Positions 7,944-13,934 of a DNA stretch of 13,934 nt are shown here, one piece after another (within the stretch, counting starts at the first letter, position 1; each line of letters opens with the position of its first letter). The notes beneath the pieces are model-generated. The model worked only from the letters and a program-made list of their open reading frames with translations. It was not told the origin of the DNA and made no database searches. Made by a program: the position numbers and the translations under genes. The stretch comes from Promethearchaeota archaeon (GTDB lineage: Archaea > Asgardarchaeota > Lokiarchaeia > Sigyniarchaeales > SOKP01): the NCBI GenBank assembly GCA_019057795.1, contig JAHLWS010000027.1, positions 1 through 13,934 of the forward strand, written 5' to 3'.

Positions 7944-9047
7944 ATGTTTGAAAAGGTATTCACGTCAATCAATGACTTTTTTGATCCAAAATACGTTGAT
8001 ACCACTCCGATACCAAAACGAGAAAACCATCCTGATGAATTAAAGCAGAAAGTTAAAAAAACAATTCTGGACAGTGGAATGTTTGAATACGCCAAAAATT
8101 ATAAAAAAATCCCAATAGTTAAGACCATTCCTTCAGTAGTGAAGTTATTTGGCGATTTAACCAAAGACGAGGAATATCTCCAACACCTTCTAAGGAATCT
8201 GAAATTTTTGGCAGAAAATGAAGATTTTTGGATTAAGAAAAAACCATATTTCAATTATTTGTTGTTTTCAAGCGTTAATCAGCCGTTTAATTCGCTCGCA
8301 AAAAACTTCCTAAGTCTCACATTTTTCACGGAATATCTTAATTTCATCGAAGAAAAAATTAGCGTTAACGAAATAATTAGTTCTCTTAACTTCATTAACG
8401 AAGAGAAAGATAAAATGAAAGAAGTTTGGTTGAGAAAACCAATGAGTGAATTAATGAAGCTTCAAAAATGGATGTTTTTCGAAAAGGTCAAGAAAAGTTC
8501 TAAGGGCCAGTTTAGAATGTACTTTAACGATTGGGCGCTAAAGAATTCGCAAATTATCGAATACACCGTTAAAGCGATCTTTAAATTGTTCTTACAGTTG
8601 GATTTACTAAGCAAAGGCGTGAGGGAAGAAGATATCAAGGAGTTGCTTAAAACGAATTATACTTTTGGAAAAATGATACAATCCTTCGATCCGGATAGTA
8701 AATTAAAGAATGTAGCGAGGTTACGAATTTATCGAAACGCAGCATTTCATCCTGGGGTAGAGTTCGTTTACAACCAAAGAGAAAACACGAGAAAACTAGT
8801 ATTTGAAGATTATTACGGCAAAATTGAAGTGGATATCGAGGGATTTATCGCGGATTTTAGAAAATTAATGGTTTTCATCGCAACAATCAACTATCTGGTG
8901 GCAAATACGCTCTTTAAAGCGGAACACGATGGACAAAACGTATTTCAAGTGAACTATGAATACGCAAAGATTAACGGGATGAGAAAATTTTGGACTTGGC
9001 ATATGAGAGAAAGGGAAACAAATGGATATATTAAATATTTTCTTTAA
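7944..9047 (+). CDS. Hypothetical helical protein with HEPN-like Rx4H motif
   Basis: Long ORF (track start 7902); ATG 7944 is preferred because AGGTA lies 6 nt upstream. Contains 'LRIYRNAAFH' in the C-terminal third. Confidence 0.7.
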   Translation: MFEKVFTSINDFFDPKYVDTTPIPKRENHPDELKQKVKKTILDSGMFEYAKNYKKIPIVKTIPSVVKLFGDLTKDEEYLQHLLRNLKFLAENEDFWIKKKPYFNYLLFSSVNQPFNSLAKNFLSLTFFTEYLNFIEEKISVNEIISSLNFINEEKDKMKEVWLRKPMSELMKLQKWMFFEKVKKSSKGQFRMYFNDWALKNSQIIEYTVKAIFKLFLQLDLLSKGVREEDIKELLKTNYTFGKMIQSFDPDSKLKNVARLRIYRNAAFHPGVEFVYNQRENTRKLVFEDYYGKIEVDIEGFIADFRKLMVFIATINYLVANTLFKAEHDGQNVFQVNYEYAKINGMRKFWTWHMRERETNGYIKYFL

Positions 9048-9548
9048 GAGGAAATCTCTTACTCACGCGCTATTTATTGTATCTTTTGTCCATTTCAAAA
9101 ATGAAGAAATCAAATTTAACGATATCTTCGGTATATGTTTGCTGGAACTTTTTCATGATTGTCCGAAGTCTGCGTTTCTTTCGCGATATTTTCCACGAGA
9201 AAGTAGCTTAACTTTACAAGCTTACCGCTGTTATCTAACAAGCTCTCGCACCTAAAAAAATATTCCAAAATCTCTTTTTTTACTAAAAAGCTCTCGGAAA
9301 GACCGCTCTGGAGGCCTGTCCCTCGTACCAGAGCTACCGCTTGATTAACAGTTCCAGCCATTGATAGTTGTCCTTACAATTTTTTTTTATGATCAAAAGA
9401 AATAAACCGCTGTTAGTTTATAAAGAAAAATTAGTGGTTGGGTACAAAATTCAGTGATAATGAGTATTGTTAAGCGTTGTTATTTCCACCTTAATCTTTT
9501 ATGTAAAATAGTTTCGAATTTATAGTCAAAAATAAATCTAAGATGAAT

Positions 9549-10520
9549 TTATAAGAAAAAGCACTTTCGTTCAATATCTCGTAAGGAACTTGTAGGAAAG
9601 TAATAGAAATCTTCTTCTGCCTTTAGTAAATTTGATATCTCTTTATATCGTGTTCGTAGTGTTGCTTCAGTTATTTTTGCAATTTTTGATATTTCTTTCT
9701 GACTTCTCGACTCACCCTGTATTTTACATGCAACATATAACGCCCCTGATGCAAATCCTAAAGGACTTTTTCCTATCATCATTCCTTTCTTTTGTGCTAA
9801 TTCAATTATTTTTATTGCAAGTGATTGAACCTCACCTGAAAGTTTTAACTCTGAACAAAAATAAGAAATAAAATCTTTTGGAGATGATGGGTGTAATTTA
9901 ATATTAAGCTCATATTGGATTAACCTAATATATCGTGCAATTGTTTTCTTTTTAATTGTAATAATTCCATTAAAGGACTCTAGAGTTATAGGAATTTTAT
10001 TCGTTCTACACGCAATAAAAATGGAAGCAATAATTATTCCCTTTATTGTTCTTCCTTTTGAAAGTCCCTTTGAGAGCGTTTTTCTATAAATATATGCTGC
10101 GGATTCCTTTAAGGCCTTAGATAAACCAAGTTGAGAAGTAATTTGGTCTAACTCAATCATAGCAATATTTAAATTACGATCATTTGATTTAGTTGTTTTC
10201 GTTCTTTCTTGCCATTTTCTTAATCGATAAATGTCAGCTCTCATATTTGGAGTTAATGAAATTCCAAAAGCATCTTTGTTTTCTTTTGCAATTACCGTTG
10301 TCAACCCTTTATCAAAGTGATCTAATCTTGATCTCGGTCCAACCCTAGTCCGTTTTTTATATTCTTCTGGGGAAAACGAACGCCATTCCGCACGGGAATC
10401 AATGATATTTTGCTCTACAACAATACCACATTTCTTACAAATAGTTTCTCCACGGGTGCTATCTGTTATTAAAAATCCTTTTCCGCAATTAGGGCAAATT
10501 TCGTCTCTATTTTGAATCAT
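9549..10520 (-). CDS. tfb: Transcription initiation factor IIB (TFB) paralogue
   Basis: Zn ribbon CPNC...GETICKKCG, B-reader 'EWRSF...RTRVG', 'DKGLTT.I', 'RLRKWQ', two cyclin repeats (KGRTI; GKSP.G.A..ALY.AC; SQKEI......TEATLR.RYKEI). Confidence 0.96.
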   Translation of the reverse strand: MIQNRDEICPNCGKGFLITDSTRGETICKKCGIVVEQNIIDSRAEWRSFSPEEYKKRTRVGPRSRLDHFDKGLTTVIAKENKDAFGISLTPNMRADIYRLRKWQERTKTTKSNDRNLNIAMIELDQITSQLGLSKALKESAAYIYRKTLSKGLSKGRTIKGIIIASIFIACRTNKIPITLESFNGIITIKKKTIARYIRLIQYELNIKLHPSSPKDFISYFCSELKLSGEVQSLAIKIIELAQKKGMMIGKSPLGFASGALYVACKIQGESRSQKEISKIAKITEATLRTRYKEISNLLKAEEDFYYFPTSSLRDIERKCFFL

Positions 10521-10727
10521 CTTCTTAAGTACTAAGCTAAATCTAATACCATAATGTTTGAAAAACGAGACTTAAGAAATGGTTTATAATTTTGTATAAA
10601 AAGTCCGAAATTTTATAGATATATTATGTTTTTTATTTATTTTTGTTCTAAAGGTTATTTTTAATTTCCCTTCATGGAAATAAAATTTGTTCCAAAACAA
10701 AAAAAAGTTAGGTAATATAATTCTAAT

Positions 10728-11141
10728 CTAAATCTCTATATTGCAATCCCTTTTCCAGTCGCCCCAGAATTGTTCTAACTTCTGAAGCCCGATTTTGCTA
10801 ATCGAGGCTAAGTCGTGAAAGAATTCGACTAAAACTTTGTTGGATATCTTATTATATTTAGTAAAAACTTCAAATATCTGCTTATAGATCTTCAGATAAC
10901 GCCAAAATGTTTCTTTGTCAAGTTTTTCGTGTTTTGTTAGTTTTTGGATAGATTTACATTTAAATAAATTAACCCCTTTCAATGAATCCCAAGTATCAGA
11001 TTGAGGATTATAGGTAAAAAGAGAATCGATACTCCCATCAGAATTAATTTCACCAATTTCAATTATCCTTCTCGCACTGGAGTTAGAATCTTTTCTCATT
11101 AGGATTACTAAGTCTAAATCGTTAAAGCAAGAAGGATCAAT
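10728..11141 (-). pseudogene. C-terminal remnant of a CpaF/TadA/VirB11-like secretion or pilus ATPase
   Basis: In-frame 'IDPSCFNDLDLVILMRK...RRIIEIGEI....IDSLFTYNPQSDTW' resembles the post-Walker-B tail of these ATPases (DLVI...RRV.EI.E...LF.Y). No Walker A/B is present, and the frame closes at TAA 11183-11181. Confidence 0.6.
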
Positions 11142-11175
11142 TTTAACTAATTTTTGTAAAAAAAGAAAAAATAGA

Positions 11176-11559
11176 TTATTTTAAAGAATTATTAATTTCA
11201 TCCAAGAGAGAATCAAAATCTACTAATTTATTTTTTAACTCGTTAAGACTTAATTGAAAATCTCCTATAGCTTTTTTAACCTGCTCATTTAAATATTCTT
11301 CCCTTTTTAATAAATCTCTTAGCATTTTGTTTGAATTTTCTAAGTATGATTCGAAATCTTTTTGACGAAGAGCTTTTTTCATTAATAAATTTATATCTTC
11401 AGTTATTTTTTTCAATCTTTCTCCTTGATAGAGAATTCTATTCATCATAAATATTGATCGAACATCTAGGTACTCCCCAAATGTTTTATTATGGTTAATT
11501 ATTATATTTTTTAGCGTTTTCAAGGCATTGATTAGAGATAAAACAATTTCTTTATTCAT
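11176..11559 (-). CDS. Hypothetical alpha-helical/coiled-coil protein
   Basis: ORF from the track (11565). AGGAG lies 6 nt before the second ATG (11559), which is the more likely start. Amphipathic helical pattern. Confidence 0.75.
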   Translation of the reverse strand: MNKEIVLSLINALKTLKNIIINHNKTFGEYLDVRSIFMMNRILYQGERLKKITEDINLLMKKALRQKDFESYLENSNKMLRDLLKREEYLNEQVKKAIGDFQLSLNELKNKLVDFDSLLDEINNSLK

Positions 11560-11584
11560 TTTCATCTCCTTTTTCTTCTTATTT

Positions 11585-11755
11585 TTATAAAAAAGGTTTC
11601 CACTCTCCTATATTCATTATTTCTTCTTTATTTACAATCTGAACAGGATGACCAGAATGTAATGAATCGAATTTATCCAATTTTTCTTTATTGATATAAT
11701 TATCCTCAAGAATAGGTACATATTCATGACATTTGAAACATACTTTTAGCCTTAT
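11585..11755 (-). CDS. Small putative zinc-binding protein (CxxC...HxxH), 56 aa, proposed ATA start; absent from the ORF track
   Basis: (I)RLKVCFKCHEYVPILEDNYINKEKLDKFDSLHSGHPVQIVNKEEIMNIGEWKPFL*. SD-like GGAAGTGA at 11768-11761; in-frame TAA directly before ATA; stop lies about 25 nt before the next gene's start. Confidence 0.78.
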   Translation of the reverse strand: MRLKVCFKCHEYVPILEDNYINKEKLDKFDSLHSGHPVQIVNKEEIMNIGEWKPFL

Positions 11756-11760
11756 TTAAG

Positions 11761-11768
11761 TCACTTCC
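11761..11768 (-). promoter_or_regulatory. Shine-Dalgarno-like GGAAGTGA preceding ATA
   Basis: Minus strand GGAAGTGA-CTTAA-ATA; 7/8 match to GGAGGTGA. Confidence 0.7.
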
Positions 11769-11953
11769 TTTCCTTATGTTAACACCTGTTAAAAAAATCC
11801 TTTTTAAATCTATAACATATTTTTAAATAATTACTATTCTCCTTTCCCTTCTTCCTTTTCTTCCTCTTTCTTAAATATTTTTAATCACCTTTATTTCTAA
11901 TTTTTTTAATAAATTTGATAACTTCTTTTTTAATGATTCAAAAATTTTTTCTA

Positions 11954-13072
11954 TCAATTTTCAATTTCTTCAATAAATTTAAAGAATAAACCGATTCCTA
12001 CAATTTTAAATGTATCTTGCACATTAATATTGCGTAATGCAGAAATTTCAATAAAAGAACATCTAAGTTCTTCTGCTTTTTTTAAACCTTCTTCTTTTAA
12101 AACTTCTCTTTTATCCGCTAGATCAATTTTATTTCCAATAAGAACGAATGGAATATTTCCTAACTCCTTTCGAGCATCTTTAAACCAAAAATTAATCGCG
12201 TCATCAAATGTATCCCTCTTAGTAACGTCATAAACTATAAATGTACAATTAGCTCCTTTATAATAATTATGTCTAAAACGTTTGAAAAATTTTTGACCTG
12301 CTAAATCATATATTAGAAACTTTATTATATCATCTTTAAAACCTAGGACATAATATTGTTGTGTAGAAATTGATATTCCTAATGTGGAACGATAATCTAT
12401 GGTTTGTTCTTTTTTTAAAAAGCGATTCACTAAAGTAGTTTTTCCTACTGTTGCTGAGCCTAAAATAATTAATTTAAATTGTTTTTGTATTTTTTTGCAT
12501 CTTTTAATTTGATATTTTGTCGTTACACCCTCAATTATTTGATTTGATTCATTTATGGAATAATTATCTAATCCTAATGAAATATCATCATAAATACTTA
12601 AATCTGGAACGTCTAAAGAATTATATTTGAAATCAAAACTCTCTTCAAGCAATTGAGCGATTTTTTCACAAATTAAATAAGCTACTGGAAATAATTTATT
12701 TAAATTGGTCTCATAATTACAAACCAATAGTAAGATTGCTTCAGAACCCACTTCAAGATAAATTAATCTATGATCTAAAGTTTCAAAAGACCCACTTCCG
12801 AAATGTCCTATTTTATATTCTAACCTAATTTTATCCAGTAAATTTTCGACAAGAGTTGTGAGAGCTCCATATACATCATCAATTTCTTCTCTATCACTAC
12901 TTTTATTTTCTAACCTACCATATTTTGATATTAATAGTCCTTGATTCGAATATAAAAAGGCTATTTCTATATCCTCTCGTGATTCTGCAAAATTTTTTAG
13001 TAGAATTCGAATATTTTCTTCTTTCAACATAATTTTGGATAATTTAAGGATAAAATTAATCTTTATTTCCAT
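11954..13072 (-). CDS. Roadblock/LC7 (MglB-like) domain fused to a Rab-like small GTPase
   Basis: N-terminal roadblock pattern (DIEIAFLYSNQGLLIS...GALTT..E.LL.KI..EY..G.FG.G.FE...HRLIYLEVG..AILLLV). C-terminal G1 GSATVGKTT, G2 STLG, G3 DLAGQ, YYKGA, G4 NKID, G5 SAL. Alternative start at ATG 13030. Confidence 0.92.
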   Translation of the reverse strand: MEIKINFILKLSKIMLKEENIRILLKNFAESREDIEIAFLYSNQGLLISKYGRLENKSSDREEIDDVYGALTTLVENLLDKIRLEYKIGHFGSGSFETLDHRLIYLEVGSEAILLLVCNYETNLNKLFPVAYLICEKIAQLLEESFDFKYNSLDVPDLSIYDDISLGLDNYSINESNQIIEGVTTKYQIKRCKKIQKQFKLIILGSATVGKTTLVNRFLKKEQTIDYRSTLGISISTQQYYVLGFKDDIIKFLIYDLAGQKFFKRFRHNYYKGANCTFIVYDVTKRDTFDDAINFWFKDARKELGNIPFVLIGNKIDLADKREVLKEEGLKKAEELRCSFIEISALRNINVQDTFKIVGIGLFFKFIEEIEN

Positions 13073-13083
13073 TTCTTTTTTGT

Positions 13084-13659
13084 TTACCTTAATTTTTTTG
13101 ATTTTTTCTTTAAAATATTTTGTTTAGTTTTATTAAAATAATCTTCATGTTTCATTATGGATCTCGTTAAAAATTCAAAAATCTTATCGACATTTTCTCC
13201 AGTTTTAGAGGAGCATTCGAAATTCTTAACGATTTTATATTTTTTTGAGATTTTCTTAGCGTATTTTCTGGATATCATTCGTTCTTTATGGAGGTCTAAC
13301 TTTCCACCAACCATTAATAGAGGAACTTTCTTCTTATCGTTAGATAAACTGTCATTGAATAATGTTAACCATTTTTCTCCGTTATTTATACTGGAATAAT
13401 TAGTGATATCATACATAAAAATACCTCCTGATACGTCCCTCATAAAAATGGGGAAAATAAATTGAAATTGAGGATCACTTCTAAGATTCCAAATTTGAAG
13501 TATAATTTTAGAAGAATTTATTGTTAAATTTTTTATCGCAATATCTATGCATACTGGTGGCTTTGCTTTCTTTTTTTGAATACCTGCTTGGGGTAACGAA
13601 GTTTTTCCAACATTTCTATCTCCAAAAAGACATATTTTGTAGATTAACTCCTTGCTCGT
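13084..13659 (-). CDS. Atypical Rab/Ras-like small GTPase, 191 aa (extended 72 codons beyond the track's ATG 13443; proposed ACG start)
   Basis: In-frame upstream translation (T)SKELIYKICLFGDRNVGKTSL...CIDIAIKNLTINSSKIILQIWNLRSDPQFQFIFPIF-MRDVSGGIFMYDIT supplies the missing beta1/P-loop half. G4 GGKLD, G5 ECSSK. AGGTG at 13670-13666; in-frame TAA at 13665-13663. Confidence 0.87.
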   Translation of the reverse strand, partial: TSKELIYKICLFGDRNVGKTSLPQAGIQKKKAKPPVCIDIAIKNLTINSSKIILQIWNLRSDPQFQFIFPIFMRDVSGGIFMYDITNYSSINNGEKWLTLFNDSLSNDKKKVPLLMVGGKLDLHKERMISRKYAKKISKKYKIVKNFECSSKTGENVDKIFEFLTRSIMKHEDYFNKTKQNILKKKSKKLR

Positions 13660-13665
13660 TTCTTA

Positions 13666-13670
13666 CACCT
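13666..13670 (-). promoter_or_regulatory. Shine-Dalgarno-like AGGTG preceding ACG
   Basis: Minus strand AAAAGGTG-TAAGAA-ACG matches the archaeal anti-SD complement GGAGGTGA, with the same 6-nt spacing as the ATG genes at 11559 and 7944. Confidence 0.7.
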
Positions 13671-13798
13671 TTTGTTTTGAGTGCATTCAGTAATTTAGCT
13701 AAAATTTATTATTCGTATAGAGCTTTCTATAAACTCATCGATATAATAATCATACCGACAAAATTTTTAATTTTTAATTTTTAATTGAGGAAATTTAT

Positions 13799-13831
13799 AT
13801 TGTTCCTTATAAAACTCCTTATAAGGACAAT
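13799..13831. repeat. Imperfect inverted repeat containing a perfect 12-bp palindrome and a 9-bp direct repeat
   Basis: ATTGTTCCTTATAA-AACTCC-TTATAAGGACAAT; palindrome TCCTTATAAGGA at 13816-13827; TCCTTATAA at 13804 and 13816. Confidence 0.6.
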
Positions 13832-13934
13832 AAAATAGTTTTACTAATCTAATTTAAATCTTCATTTTTTAGTCTTTTTCTTTAAATAATCGTATAAATC
13901 TTAGAATAGAGCAGCAACTTTATTTTTTTTTGAA

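Noticed and set aside
6926-8095. ORFs 6926-7183 (+) and 7871-8095 (-)
   Set aside because: Antisense to the RPA and HEPN-like genes; no recognisable motifs.
9022-9361. Overlapping ORFs 9022-9255 (+) and 9116-9361 (-)
   Set aside because: No recognisable family or clear SD. It may be a decayed gene, but neither frame can be supported.
9222-9416. Recurrent ACCGCT / ACCGCTGTTA words as a CRISPR or iteron array
   Set aside because: Repeats are only 6-10 bp with irregular spacing, and there are no cas genes.
9632-9871. 79-aa plus-strand ORF
   Set aside because: Antisense shadow inside tfb.
10595-10617. TATAAAA...TTTTATA inverted repeat upstream of tfb
   Set aside because: Pure A/T arms are expected by chance in such AT-rich intergenic DNA.
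5503-13659. RNA editing creating AUG from ACG, ATA, GTT or ATT
   Set aside because: It would need several different editing chemistries at different codon positions; relaxed initiation is more parsimonious, although RNA-seq should exclude editing.
11756-13668. TAA read-through or stop-codon reassignment from the in-frame GTG (GTG TAA GAA ACG; GTG ACT TAA ATA) as an alternative to non-AUG starts
   Set aside because: TAA terminates most genes in the window normally; the GTG is part of the SD and is in frame simply because of the 6-nt spacer; and this would not explain the GTT case.
12030-13784. Plus-strand ORFs 12030-12233, 13157-13399 and 13521-13784
   Set aside because: Antisense to the two GTPase genes; the last overlaps the P-loop-coding extension and its upstream region.
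1-13934. tRNA, rRNA, CRISPR array, IS or integrase
   Set aside because: No cloverleaf or GC-rich structural RNA, regular repeat-spacer array, transposase or recombinase motif was seen.

Overview
AT-rich archaeal window with Asgard (Lokiarchaeia/Promethearchaeota-like) gene content; the taxon is inferred from the gene families. It encodes a predicted secreted/surface protein, an orphan beta-class DNA methyltransferase, an MgtC/DUF4010 membrane protein, two tandem coiled-coil paralogues, a DUF72 protein with a C-terminal PIP-box, a GC-richer block with an RPA/OB-fold gene divergent from an Rx4H (HEPN-like) gene, a TFB paralogue, a truncated secretion-ATPase remnant, and a minus-strand cluster (atypical Rab-like GTPase, Roadblock-Rab fusion, small CxxC/HxxH zinc-finger protein, helical protein). 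The main observation is that three intact genes lack any ATG/GTG/TTG able to produce their conserved N-terminus. Each is closed by an in-frame upstream stop and has a Shine-Dalgarno-like motif 6-7 nt before a non-canonical codon (ACG, ATA, GTT); a fourth gene probably starts at ATT. This suggests routine SD-directed non-AUG initiation, which makes standard ORF calling truncate or miss these genes.
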